The notes under the pieces were generated by a model. It worked only from the letters and a program-made list of their open reading frames with translations. It did not search any database and was not told the DNA's origin. From Pelagomonas calceolata (lineage: Eukaryota), in NCBI GenBank assembly GCA_918797485.1, contig CAKKNE010000001.1:4526001-4590000 (forward strand): 64,000 nt of DNA. Reading direction: 5' to 3'. The position numbers and the translations under genes are program-made. Each line of letters starts with the position of its first letter. The stretch's first letter is position 1. Below are positions 48,155-57,967 of the stretch, piece after piece.

Positions 48155-48260
48155 TAGTATCTTGTGTAAATAAATTTCCCGCGACTTGCGTGGCAACGGG
48201 TCCACGTCCGCGAGGGAGGAAAGATCGCGCCATCGTCGAGCAGACTATACAAACTTAAAG

Positions 48261-50156
48261 TTAAGAGGCGTCGCCCTTGGCGGCCGCAACGAGGCGTCCC
48301 ATCCCCGCCTCAAGCGCCGCCTGGGCCTTCCGCCGATCATCCAGTTCCTTCGCGGCGCCCTTGCCCATCTGCGCCGAAAAGGCGCCGGCGACGCGCTTGG
48401 ACCGCATCTCCGTCTTGCCGCCCCGCGAAAATAGGGCCGTGTCCGCCGCGCCCTGGCCGTCCCAGTAGCGCGGCCCGAGTCTATCAGCTCTTGATATAAC
48501 CTGGCTATGTTTCAAAGAGAAGTCGTCGGTGCCCGCCGCCGCCGCGACGGCCGCTGCCAACCCGCGTAAGAAGTCGACGTCATTCCTGTAGGTCGCGTCG
48601 GCGTGCTCGTCCGGAGCTGGCGGTTCCATATGCGCCCGCAGCCCGACGGCCGCGGCGTCGGCCGCCGCCGCGGCATCTAAATCCCGATTCTTCGCGACCA
48701 CCACCACGCCCATGGGCACCCTTCGAAAGGCCCCAGTGCCGAGATCCGTCTTCTCCACGTAGATCGCCACGTCCACACTTTTGCTGGAGAAGACGTGCGC
48801 CTCGAGCGCGGCGTCGCATTTCCCCACAAAACCCACGTGCCAGCCTAACGTCGAGCGCATGTCCGCGGCGAGGGTCGGAGTTAACCCAGCTAAGACTTTT
48901 GCTGCTGATGATCCATCACCAGTAGCTAAAACGCGTCCCGCAGCATTCCCCGTGCCGACGGCGTGCGGCGTGCCCGTCTCCACCGCAATCACAGCGCCGC
49001 GCTGGCCGTGTGTTGTGGTGTTCACTAACGCTGATGTTGTGGTTTCCAGCCGGCAGGGCGTCGCCGCCGCGTCGCCGCACGCTAATACTGATGCTCCTGC
49101 AGACAGCTCCTCGTTGACAAAGATGGGCCGCCGTCGCGTCGCGTCGTCGAGTCTCGTCGCTTTCACGACTTCCAAAGCGGTGGAACCTCGAGGAGCGCTC
49201 CGCGCGTCGCGCGCCGACACTTGTACTTGTTGTACATGTTCACCACCGGCCACAACCACCAAGTCTGCTGAACATCTCGACGTCCTCATGGCGTCGTCGG
49301 CCCGCGCGAGATAGACGGCATGCGAGGCCTTGCGATTGTCTTCGTTCGGACCGACGTAGCGGATTTGGTGCAATGCAATGACCGTGACGCCCCTTTTTTC
49401 GAGACGTTTTCGGAGCTTCTTGCCCAGGTCCTTCGGTAACCGAGCGCCGATGGGCGTCGCCTCGGGAAATACGAGAGATGCGGACTCCCCGGCCGTCTCC
49501 GCCGGCGCCGCCCGCGCGACGGCCGCCGCGAGCGCGACGGCCTGCCAGGAACCGCCCACGACACATACTTTACCACCTCTTTTCGCAACCGAAAAGGCGT
49601 CCCGCACGGCCGCGGCGTCCGCCGCCTCGCCGTGGCCCAGACATCTCACGGATTCGACACATAGTTCATCTACAAAACCGGGCGGCGGGACCGCGGCGGC
49701 CGCGCCGGTGGCCACGAGGCATTTCTTCGCGTAGGAGTACTCGTCGCCGTGCGTCGTGCGCACTTGCCTCAGTAAAGGGTTCAGCGACTCCGCCCGCGCT
49801 CGCACGCAATCGATAATGTCCGACCCGACCTCCGCACTGAGCGCCTCGCACCGTCGCACCGCGAACGCGTCCGACTCGAGCACGAGACACCGGTGTCCTC
49901 TATCAGCGTGCTTCGCGACCGCCTCGACGGCCGCCGTGCCGCTCACGCCGCAGCCAATCACTATCGAGTCGTAGCGGTTCGGGTCCGCGAGCGTGTGGCG
50001 GCGCGGGCCCTCAAATTTATCGTCGTCATCTTCCTCTAGACCGTCGTCGCACTGCAGCGGTGCTTGTTGCGCCCTCGCTTGCGTATACGATGCGGTGAGG
50101 ACCGTGCACGCGGCGGCTGCCGGTGCGCGGCGTAATAGGTGCTGCAGGAGGAGCAT
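48261..50156 (-). CDS. FAD-dependent pyridine-nucleotide oxidoreductase, AIF-like, divergent
   Basis: IVIGCGVSG, Y.KCLVATG, VCVVGGSW, ACGDAA; presequence-like N-terminus. Confidence 0.72.
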   Translation of the reverse strand: MLLLQHLLRRAPAAAACTVLTASYTQARAQQAPLQCDDGLEEDDDDKFEGPRRHTLADPNRYDSIVIGCGVSGTAAVEAVAKHADRGHRCLVLESDAFAVRRCEALSAEVGSDIIDCVRARAESLNPLLRQVRTTHGDEYSYAKKCLVATGAAAAVPPPGFVDELCVESVRCLGHGEAADAAAVRDAFSVAKRGGKVCVVGGSWQAVALAAAVARAAPAETAGESASLVFPEATPIGARLPKDLGKKLRKRLEKRGVTVIALHQIRYVGPNEDNRKASHAVYLARADDAMRTSRCSADLVVVAGGEHVQQVQVSARDARSAPRGSTALEVVKATRLDDATRRRPIFVNEELSAGASVLACGDAAATPCRLETTTSALVNTTTHGQRGAVIAVETGTPHAVGTGNAAGRVLATGDGSSAAKVLAGLTPTLAADMRSTLGWHVGFVGKCDAALEAHVFSSKSVDVAIYVEKTDLGTGAFRRVPMGVVVVAKNRDLDAAAAADAAAVGLRAHMEPPAPDEHADATYRNDVDFLRGLAAAVAAAAGTDDFSLKHSQVISRADRLGPRYWDGQGAADTALFSRGGKTEMRSKRVAGAFSAQMGKGAAKELDDRRKAQAALEAGMGRLVAAAKGDAS

Positions 50157-50411
50157 GCTTGCTGCTCTCCCTTTTGTGGCACTGCTGGTGCACCAAACGT
50201 TGCGCAAATATCAGCACCGGCGCAGCTATGACCGATGTGGCTACTGATGAGCCCTGCGCTTGCTGCGCCGGTGTTGCGTCTGTTTTTTGCGGCACTGCTA
50301 CTGCATGCGTCGAGTCGGGCTGAGCGCAATGATCCGTCCAAGGATCGCCAGGGAGGAGGTTCAGGCCTCTGCGGGTGCCAAAGCACTCCTAAAAAGCGCT
50401 GCTTGCTTGTC

Positions 50412-50435
50412 TGCTAGTGTCTCACAGGCCGCTAG
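50412..50435. promoter_or_regulatory. Conserved intergenic CTAG-pair motif
   Basis: tgctagtgtctcacaggccgctag in a divergent gap. Confidence 0.62.
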
Positions 50436-50576
50436 GTCTAGCTTTGCTCCGAACGTAAAGCAAGCGCATTTATGCCTTAGGGACCCAGCAGACAATTATT
50501 TTGGACCACAGGCCAAGTCCCGCAGCCGCCGCGGCAAGTTTCGCAGCGATATCGGGTGCTGTGCACGGCACAAACA

Positions 50577-52004
50577 ATGATGCTGGCCGCACGGGCAGCA
50601 CAGCGCGGCGCACCGGTGATTTTTGCTGCGCGAGCAGCGTCTACAACGCGGAGCCTGCGATGCCCAACGGTGCAGCGGCTTGCGGTCATCGCCGTGCCGA
50701 CGCGTCGCGGCCTCGCGACGACCTCCGCGAACAACCTCGTGCCGGCGGCTCTGAGAGGGCTGGACTACGTCGGCACCGTGGCGTTCGCCGCGTCTGGAAC
50801 GATGGTCGCGGGACACGCGGGCATGGACATCCTCGGCTGCACGATGGTGGGCACGATCACGTCGTTGGGAGGTGGTACGATTCGGGACCTGCTGCTGGGT
50901 CGCACGCCGGTCTTTTGGTTTAAGGAGATCGAGTACCTCTTGCTCTGCGTCGGCACCGCTTTGATGGCATTCTACGCGCACGACAAACTCGAGGGACCAG
51001 TAGCCGAGGAGGCGCTGTGGTGGGGCGACACTTTAGGTATCGGCGCCTTTTCGGTAGTCGGAGCGCAAGCGGCCGCTAGCGTGGGCATGGGTCCGTTGGT
51101 GGTCCCTATTTGTGGCATGTTCACGGCGACGTGCGGCGGCCTGGTCCGAGACGTGCTCTGCCGCCGGCCACCGAAGTTACTCTACTCAGCGGCGCAAGAC
51201 TCGCCGGCGGCGGCGGGCACGCTCTACGCGCCCGCAGCGTTGAGCGGCGCGAGCGCCTACGCCTTCCTCCACTTTGTGGGCGCCGGTGCGCCGCTCGCCA
51301 TCGCGCTGGGCTGCGCGACGACCGTCGGCGTCCGGACCTACGGCTACGCGCGGAACGTCAAGCTCCCGACCTACAGCGACGTGCCCGCGGGGCCCGCGCC
51401 GCGCCTCGCCGCGAACGATGCGCATCTCGTCGTGACGGCCTGGGGCCCCGACGCGACGGGCCACGTCGCCACGCTCGCAAGGGTATTGGCTGACGCGCGG
51501 GCGAACATTTCCGCCTCGAAGATTGCGACGATTGGTGATGATATTGTCGTCATGCTCGTCGTAAGCGCGCCGCGCGGGGCAAGAGCTGGTCTGGTATCTG
51601 CGGCGACGACGGCGGGCCGAGAACGCGGCCTCAAGGTGGACTGTCGCGACGTCACGCCGTCCCACGGCACGCCCCCTGCGGCAAAGGTCGCGGGGCGGGT
51701 GGCACTCCAAGGACCGGACTCGCCGGGCCTCGTCTCAAATGTTGCCGCTCTGTTATCGAAGCATGGCCTCAACATCTCCTCGCTCGACACGCGCGTCGTC
51801 GGCGTGGCGCCCGAGGGTCTCCAGCGGCGTGTGACCGAGGCGGCGCGGTCCCTCGACGCAAGAGACGCCGCGACGGACCTCTTTTGTCTCGAGGCGATCG
51901 TCACGGCGCCCGAAAAGCCGGACGCAGCGGCGTTAAAACGAGACGTGGCGGCTCTACGAAAACGGTGTCGCCTCGACGTGCTCGACGTCGTCATGGAAGA
52001 ATAG
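50577..52004 (+). CDS. UPF0126/TRIC (glycine transporter family) membrane protein fused to a GcvR-like tandem ACT domain
   Basis: LDYVGTVAFAASG, MDILG...GGGTIRDLLLG..PVFW, DTLGIGAF, TATCGGLVRDVL; then HLVVTAWGPDATGHV...ANI..S and GPDSPGLVSNVAALL..HGLNISSL. Confidence 0.85.
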   Translation: MMLAARAAQRGAPVIFAARAASTTRSLRCPTVQRLAVIAVPTRRGLATTSANNLVPAALRGLDYVGTVAFAASGTMVAGHAGMDILGCTMVGTITSLGGGTIRDLLLGRTPVFWFKEIEYLLLCVGTALMAFYAHDKLEGPVAEEALWWGDTLGIGAFSVVGAQAAASVGMGPLVVPICGMFTATCGGLVRDVLCRRPPKLLYSAAQDSPAAAGTLYAPAALSGASAYAFLHFVGAGAPLAIALGCATTVGVRTYGYARNVKLPTYSDVPAGPAPRLAANDAHLVVTAWGPDATGHVATLARVLADARANISASKIATIGDDIVVMLVVSAPRGARAGLVSAATTAGRERGLKVDCRDVTPSHGTPPAAKVAGRVALQGPDSPGLVSNVAALLSKHGLNISSLDTRVVGVAPEGLQRRVTEAARSLDARDAATDLFCLEAIVTAPEKPDAAALKRDVAALRKRCRLDVLDVVMEE

Positions 52005-52024
52005 TAGTAAGTCTAACACATACG

Positions 52025-53233
52025 TTAATCTCCAAGAGCAGCAAAAGCCCCCCCTGAGCGCGACGCCTTGCCGCGCGACGCCGTCCGCGCGCCGCCGCGG
52101 CTTTTTGATTGCGACGAGACCGTCGCCCAGCCGCCCGTCGAGGCTTTCTTTTGAGGCGCCGCGGACTTGCGCCGCAGGTCGGACAGGTGCTTGCGGAGCG
52201 GCGCGAGGCGCGCCGCGAGCTCGGCGTCGGTCTCGTACCAGAGCCGCGACGCCTCCTCCAACGTTGAAATACGCTCCTCTAAATCAGGCGCTTCTCCCAG
52301 TTTGGACACTTCTGCAACGGATAGGAGCGCTCCACCGCGCTTCTCCAGCGCGGCGAGCGGCGCGAGTTTTGTTTGTAAAGCTTTGATCGCCGCCGTGTGC
52401 TCGATTTTGGGAGGCTTGTAATCCAGAACGGACCGCTTCGAGAGCGCCTCGCGGTTCTCCTCGATGCGCTTCTTGGCCTTGTCGTTCGGCGCGCTCTCGG
52501 CGCGCTCGTCCATCTGTTCTAAACAAAGCGTCTTTTCTGTTGTAGTGAGCTGGCCATTTTGCACCATCTCCATCAAGGACTTTTGCAGGAACTTGAGCTT
52601 GCCGTCAAGGTCATCGCCGCTTCCGAGCTCGTACAAAGCTTGCTCCGCGTCATCGAGCGCCTCCCGATTCATCAGCTTCGAGTCGATCTGAGTGAACTGC
52701 GCCCGGACCTCGCGCAGCTTCTCTTGGAGCCGCTTCTTGCAGGACCACGTCGGGCACCGCTTCGCGACCGTTCGCTCGAAGGTCTTCATCTCCGCCGCAA
52801 CCAACAAATGCTCCCGCGACAGCCGCGCCGGTTCGTCAACCGTCTCGTCTTCATTTGAGGCGTCTACAACCTTCTTCGCGCAGCGGGGGAAGACGTGCAC
52901 GAAAATGAGGTTGCGGCCCGTGTCGTGCTGCGTCTTGAAGGACCCCGCACTATCAAAATCGCAAGATGCCGACTTGTTGTCCTCGTAATCGATCGCCTTG
53001 AGCGCGGCCACGATCCATTTTTGTAAAGATGCGTCGTACTTCTGCCGGTTCGCCTTGCCGGCGCCGACCACGAACGTGACGCGGACCATCTCGTCCCGGT
53101 CCGAGAACGGCGTCGAGAAGGCGTCCGTGATCAATCTGCCGGCGTCGTATGCCGAGCTGATCGATCCTAGATCGAACTCGTCGGACTCCGTGATGCTCCG
53201 CACTTTGCCGGCGAGACCGCTGAAGGAGGCCAT
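52025..53233 (-). CDS. Hypothetical protein with globular N-domain and coiled-coil C-half
   Basis: 402-aa ORF with typical codon usage; no family recognised. Confidence 0.72.
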   Translation of the reverse strand: MASFSGLAGKVRSITESDEFDLGSISSAYDAGRLITDAFSTPFSDRDEMVRVTFVVGAGKANRQKYDASLQKWIVAALKAIDYEDNKSASCDFDSAGSFKTQHDTGRNLIFVHVFPRCAKKVVDASNEDETVDEPARLSREHLLVAAEMKTFERTVAKRCPTWSCKKRLQEKLREVRAQFTQIDSKLMNREALDDAEQALYELGSGDDLDGKLKFLQKSLMEMVQNGQLTTTEKTLCLEQMDERAESAPNDKAKKRIEENREALSKRSVLDYKPPKIEHTAAIKALQTKLAPLAALEKRGGALLSVAEVSKLGEAPDLEERISTLEEASRLWYETDAELAARLAPLRKHLSDLRRKSAAPQKKASTGGWATVSSQSKSRGGARTASRGKASRSGGAFAALGD

Positions 53234-53442
53234 GGCCTCTTAATGTGCGGCGGCGGCGTCTAGCGACTGGTGTGGCGTGGTGGGCCGCCAGCAGTGTTGC
53301 AGTGTGCAGGCCGGCAGCTAATGCAGCGCGATGGCAAGATTGGTGTTGCACAGCAAAGAGGAGACCACAGGTGTGTCTCGCACAACGCAGCTTCGGCGTA
53401 CGAGCAGACTGTGACCCACGACGGTTCGACGACTTTTTTGCT

Positions 53443-53467
53443 TGCTAGTGTTTTACCGAACGCTAGC
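53443..53467. promoter_or_regulatory. Conserved intergenic CTAG-pair motif
   Basis: tgctagtgttttaccgaacgctagc in a divergent gap. Confidence 0.65.
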
Positions 53468-53558
53468 CTCGCATAACACTCCGCACAGCCATACGCCATT
53501 TCCAGCAGGCAGAGAGACAAGCAGACTCTGCGCACAACTTAGAATCACGCCAGCGATC

Positions 53559-55184
53559 ATGTCCACGAGCGATGCGGACGCCGCTCGCTTGGCCCAGCTT
53601 CTAAACTCGGATTCGGACTCGGACACCGCAGGGGAAGGAAACACGGACGCAGACGTGCTGCGCACATCAGAGCTGCTGAATCGGCCGTCCGACGCCGCCG
53701 AGGACGACGACGAGGACGAATTGGACCACAAACCGGCGCCGCCAGCGCCGCAGCCGTCAGTACCGGAGCCGCCAGCGCCAGAATTGCCGGCTCCGACGCC
53801 GCCCGCGCCCGAGCCGGCCTCGACGCCAGCGCCGGCACCACCCGCACCGCCGCCAGCGCCGGAGCCGTCCTCGACGCCAGCCGCAGCGCCGTCACCGCCT
53901 GCAACGCAACAACCGCGCCGCGCGTCATCAAGGGTCCTCGACCAGATCAGCTCGAAGCTCGCCGAACTGAAGGGAGACGCGCCGCCCGTCGACGACGAGA
54001 CGACGGCGCGCCGGTTTTGTGAGAGGACGGCGAAGGCCTTCGACGAAGACCGGACGCCGGAGCTGGCCATCGAGTGCGTCTGGGAGAACCAGTCAAGGGA
54101 CGACCAATCCTTAACCAACCTCGCATCGGCGGCGCGCGCGACGCTGACGCGGCATGCCATTGAGAGGCGGCCGCCGGGACCCTGGGGCCGCGCCGAGGCG
54201 CCGCGGGCCGGTATTATAAGGAGGCTGCAGCCGTTGCGGAGGCGGCCCTTCGAGGGCCGCCTGGCGCCGCTCTTCGCGGAAAGCGGGCCGCCGGACGTTG
54301 ATGGATTGCCGGATCTGTCCTGGAGGTGGCTCTCGCCCTGGCAGGTCGACGGCCGCGTCCACGGCACCGATCGAGGCGTCTCTGATATCGAAGAGGTCGG
54401 CGCGCCGGATGCCTGGTTGTATGCGCCGAAGTGGCCCAGTGATGATATGACTGGGTATAGTTATGACGAGAATGATTCAAGAGTGCGATGTCGACGGTGG
54501 GTGCGGCCGCGCGAGCGGCAGACCTGCCAGAGTTTAGTAAAGCAGCTCCTAGCCAAAAGACCCGCGACGCGGGTCGCGGCGTTACTTCGCGAGGCGAAGA
54601 GCCCTGAGGTCGACCTCGCGATGTTGGCGGCGTCGCTGGTCGAAGTGCCCGTCGTGGCGGCGCCGAGGCCGCCGCCCGAACCGGAACAAAAGCACGCGCG
54701 CGGTGTTACGGTTGACTACGTCTGGGAGAACCAGCGCTGGATTAGAGGATGGGCGCCCTGCGTGGGCCTGCGGAAGGCGCCCTTCGACGGCGCGTCGCGA
54801 CCGGCGCTCGCGGCGCTGTTCAAGCGCCACGGCGGCCCGCCGCCGCTCGAAGCCGAGCTCGCGCCCGAGGAGTCGGGCCTACCCCTCGACGACTTAAATG
54901 GGAGGGCGTCGACGTGGCGCTGGCTCGGGCCCTGGGTGCTTGATAGCACGTCGTTCGGCGCCGAGCGCGTGTCGAGCGACGGGAGTGGCGAGGGCGGCTG
55001 GATTTATCGGTTTGACTGGTCGCGCGACGGCTTGGGGTATAGCAGCGCGATGACGAAGCGGACGTTCGTGAGGTGTCGCCGGTGGGTCCGGCCGCGCGAG
55101 CCCGCGGACGTCGCGAGCCCTAGCCCCCCTGTTGAGGAGGACGTGGTGCCGGCCGCCGGTGACAAGTTGAACTTCTTCTCCTAA
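53559..55184 (+). CDS. Protein with two dysferlin (DysF/Pex24p-like) domains
   Basis: Two copies of VWENQ...W.W..PW..D...W.Y...W...VRCRRWVRPRE; Pro-rich N-terminus. Confidence 0.82.
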   Translation: MSTSDADAARLAQLLNSDSDSDTAGEGNTDADVLRTSELLNRPSDAAEDDDEDELDHKPAPPAPQPSVPEPPAPELPAPTPPAPEPASTPAPAPPAPPPAPEPSSTPAAAPSPPATQQPRRASSRVLDQISSKLAELKGDAPPVDDETTARRFCERTAKAFDEDRTPELAIECVWENQSRDDQSLTNLASAARATLTRHAIERRPPGPWGRAEAPRAGIIRRLQPLRRRPFEGRLAPLFAESGPPDVDGLPDLSWRWLSPWQVDGRVHGTDRGVSDIEEVGAPDAWLYAPKWPSDDMTGYSYDENDSRVRCRRWVRPRERQTCQSLVKQLLAKRPATRVAALLREAKSPEVDLAMLAASLVEVPVVAAPRPPPEPEQKHARGVTVDYVWENQRWIRGWAPCVGLRKAPFDGASRPALAALFKRHGGPPPLEAELAPEESGLPLDDLNGRASTWRWLGPWVLDSTSFGAERVSSDGSGEGGWIYRFDWSRDGLGYSSAMTKRTFVRCRRWVRPREPADVASPSPPVEEDVVPAAGDKLNFFS

Positions 55185-55358
55185 GTTGTTGTCCTGTTTT
55201 ATCGTTCGCTCCCGGGGCCCGGAGAAGCGCCACAGGTTTTGCACAGTTGCTTTGCTTAGAGCTAGGCCACCTAGCCACCAAGCCGCCGCCGCGATGCCTG
55301 CTTGACCGAACGGCTGCCGCGCTCCCGGCCCACACAGTTAACACACACACAGATTACC

Positions 55359-55739
55359 TCACGAGGCCCCCCGCGACGACCACCACCGCCGCAGCGACCA
55401 CTCGGCCCTTGGTGGTCGCGGCGCCGTCGGCGTCGCCACGGTCTGCCCCGCGTCCGTCCACGCGGGCCGCTCCTTCAGCTCCCAGACGTGCGGCGCTTCT
55501 TTTTCGAGCGCCTCGCCCGCGGCCGCCGCCTCGGCCCGCCGCCGCGCCGCGCCGCCGCGCATGCAGGCCCACATGTCCGCGGCGCGCTGCTGGCAGTCGT
55601 CGAAGGTGCCGTCGCGGTAGACGACCTCGAACTGGTGCTTGGGCGTCGCGCAACTATACAACGCGTCGAGCTCGAGCCAGCAGCTCGTGCGCTCCTCTTG
55701 CGGTTTCGGTGGTGGTGTGGCGGCGGCGTCGTCGGACAT
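55359..55739 (-). CDS. DUF3128 / Emi1 / C22orf39-like protein
   Basis: SC...D....C...HQF..VYR.G..DDC.......W.CM...HVWELKE. Confidence 0.72.
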   Translation of the reverse strand: MSDDAAATPPPKPQEERTSCWLELDALYSCATPKHQFEVVYRDGTFDDCQQRAADMWACMRGGAARRRAEAAAAGEALEKEAPHVWELKERPAWTDAGQTVATPTAPRPPRAEWSLRRWWSSRGAS

Positions 55740-55931
55740 TTGTGATGCGTGCGCGCGCTCGCTTTTGTGAGCACAGTGTAGCAGTGGGGGCCCCTGCTGC
55801 TCCCCTGCGTCGGCTGGACGAGCTCCAGCGAAGCGTAGTGCCGTGTGCAATCTATGCGTCAAGGAAATCACTCGTACGAGCCCTTGTCAACTCGTACGGA
55901 CGCCGCCGCGCAAGCGCGGCTTACAAATCGT

Positions 55932-55955
55932 GCTAGCGCCTGTAAGACACTAGCA
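55932..55955. promoter_or_regulatory. Conserved intergenic CTAG-pair motif
   Basis: gctagcgcctgtaagacactagca in a divergent gap. Confidence 0.65.
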
Positions 55956-56091
55956 AACGCTAGCTGGAGCAAAAACAAGGGCGCAGAGCACAGCTCGCCA
56001 GAACACGCAGACTCGAAGATCTGGGCAGTGTGGCTTACCAGGGCTTATCAGGGCCTGCACAGGTTGCCAGCACAGCAGCTGATTGGCATCG

Positions 56092-56799
56092 ATGGCGGAC
56101 AGCAGCAGCGGCGACGGCGCAGAAGAATCTAGAGAAGAGCTAAATCAGCGGCTGCACGACGCCGCCGAGGCGGGCGACGTCGTAAAACTACGCTTAGCGA
56201 TCGCCGCGGGTGCCGACGTTGACGCCTTAACGAAAAGGGGCCATCTCAAGATGACGGCCCTTTGCTCCGTCGTCCGTGCCACTCGGGTGAAACATAATCG
56301 AGCCGTGAAAGGGAGGACGGCCTGCGTTCGGGCACTCCTCGATGCGGGGGCGTCGGCGTCCGCGGCCGTAGTATTCTTCGACTCTGGTGACAGTTCGGAC
56401 TCTGAGGAGGAACAGTTCGGATGGACGGCGATGCACGATGCCGTATGTTCAGGACTTAACACAATCTGTAGACTGCTATTGGACGCCGGTGCGGCTTTGA
56501 ACACGCGCGATTTTGATGATACAACGCCGCTTCAATATGCCGCAGGAAACGGGCACCACAGAACTGCCGTTCTGTTGCTCTCGCGAGGGGCCGTAGCAGA
56601 GGAGGGGAAGTACGATCAATTTCTCCAATTTTCTCCAGGGTACCTCTCGAGAATCGAGCGAGCGGGCAGCTTCGCAAACTACCAGAAGCAGCAGTGCAAA
56701 AAACTCACGGCGATGCTCGCGCCGAAGATGGACCACTTGCTGCCTCCGGAGCTCGTGTCCCACGTCATCACGTTCTGGGGCCATCTCGGGTGGAAGTGA
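56092..56799 (+). CDS. Ankyrin-repeat protein
   Basis: LHDAAEAG, GWTAMHDA...LLLDAGA, TPLQYAAGNGH...LLLSRGA. Confidence 0.85.
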   Translation: MADSSSGDGAEESREELNQRLHDAAEAGDVVKLRLAIAAGADVDALTKRGHLKMTALCSVVRATRVKHNRAVKGRTACVRALLDAGASASAAVVFFDSGDSSDSEEEQFGWTAMHDAVCSGLNTICRLLLDAGAALNTRDFDDTTPLQYAAGNGHHRTAVLLLSRGAVAEEGKYDQFLQFSPGYLSRIERAGSFANYQKQQCKKLTAMLAPKMDHLLPPELVSHVITFWGHLGWK

Positions 56800-56975
56800 C
56801 GCGGCCGCGGCGCGCGTAAGGTGACGCCGTCGCCGCGGCCGCGCGTTGTGCCCGCGCGAGACAGCATCGCGAGACATTGCCGCCCGCGCAGTGTGTAGAG
56901 TGTGTAAAAACTAAGCAATTTAAAATGCGGCGGGCAGGTCCGAAGGGGACCCACGCGCGTCCTCCACCAGGACCT

Positions 56976-57689
56976 CTAGCCCGAGTCCATGATCGTGCGC
57001 CCGAACTCGGCGACGACGATGCCGTTGTACTGCGGGAACTTCTCCACGAGCTTGGCGCCGCGCTTGTCCTTGACGCGCTCCGTGTACGTCTTCATGCCGA
57101 TGTTCTTCATCTGGTCCCGGGAATACTGGAGGCAGAGGAGGAAGAAGGAGGCCTGGCCGAGCGGCGGCTCCATCCAGTTCCAGCTCCACGAGCCGACCTC
57201 GAGCCACGTCTCGAGGTTCTTCGCGTCCTCGACGTCCATGGTCACGTACTGCTCGTTGAACCACAATACGGTATGTAGGTCGAAGCACATGGGGATCGAG
57301 CCGAAGCCCGCGACGAGCGCCGCGGCGATGCCCACGCGGTACGGTAAACGAGACATGGCCAATCCAGCCTTCGCGGCCTGCTCGATCTCGCCCACCTTTC
57401 CTTCTGCTTCCACATGATCGACACCGTCGACCTTCATCACGTCCCGGACCATGCGCTCCCGGATGGCCTGGTCGTCGCCGTGCGCGCTGAGCATGAGGAG
57501 CACGTGATTCGAGTAGTCGGCGTAGGTCGTGGGCATGCGCTCGTCGTCGATTTCGGTCTTGTGCGCGAGGGCGAAGTTGCGCGTCTGCGTCGCGACGACT
57601 GGCAGCTTCTGCGCCGCGAGGCGGCTCTGGGTGCCGCGGGCGGCCAGCGAGCGGGCGCCCAGCGCGCGAAGGGATCTTGCTGCCAGCAT
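56976..57689 (-). CDS. Hypothetical mitochondrial membrane protein
   Basis: Presequence MLAARSLRALGARSL; two hydrophobic segments; Trp-rich ETWLEVGSWSWNWMEP. Confidence 0.75.
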   Translation of the reverse strand: MLAARSLRALGARSLAARGTQSRLAAQKLPVVATQTRNFALAHKTEIDDERMPTTYADYSNHVLLMLSAHGDDQAIRERMVRDVMKVDGVDHVEAEGKVGEIEQAAKAGLAMSRLPYRVGIAAALVAGFGSIPMCFDLHTVLWFNEQYVTMDVEDAKNLETWLEVGSWSWNWMEPPLGQASFFLLCLQYSRDQMKNIGMKTYTERVKDKRGAKLVEKFPQYNGIVVAEFGRTIMDSG

Positions 57690-57967
57690 CGTGTGTTACG
57701 TCTTCGCTCCTTCTTCGAAGCAGCTAGGGGCTCGCGCGCAGGCTTTTAGCGGCAGCGCGATTCCGCTCTGTTAACGAGCTAGCCACACATTCACACTAGC
57801 TCTGCTCGCTCCCGGAACGCCGCTGTGAGACATGAATATAATGCACAGGAATTTAGTATTTTTTTTTGGTGTTTCCAGTCAGAGCCGGCTTTTTGTTGTG
57901 TTTCGGCGGCCGTCGATGACGACGGCGGCGGCGTTCTTCTTTGTACACAAGGCGTCACGGGCGCGGC

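Noticed and set aside
1651..57800. The recurring CTAG-pair motif as a CRISPR repeat
   Set aside because: Copies are kilobases apart, in both orientations, with no spacer array or cas genes, in a eukaryotic genome.
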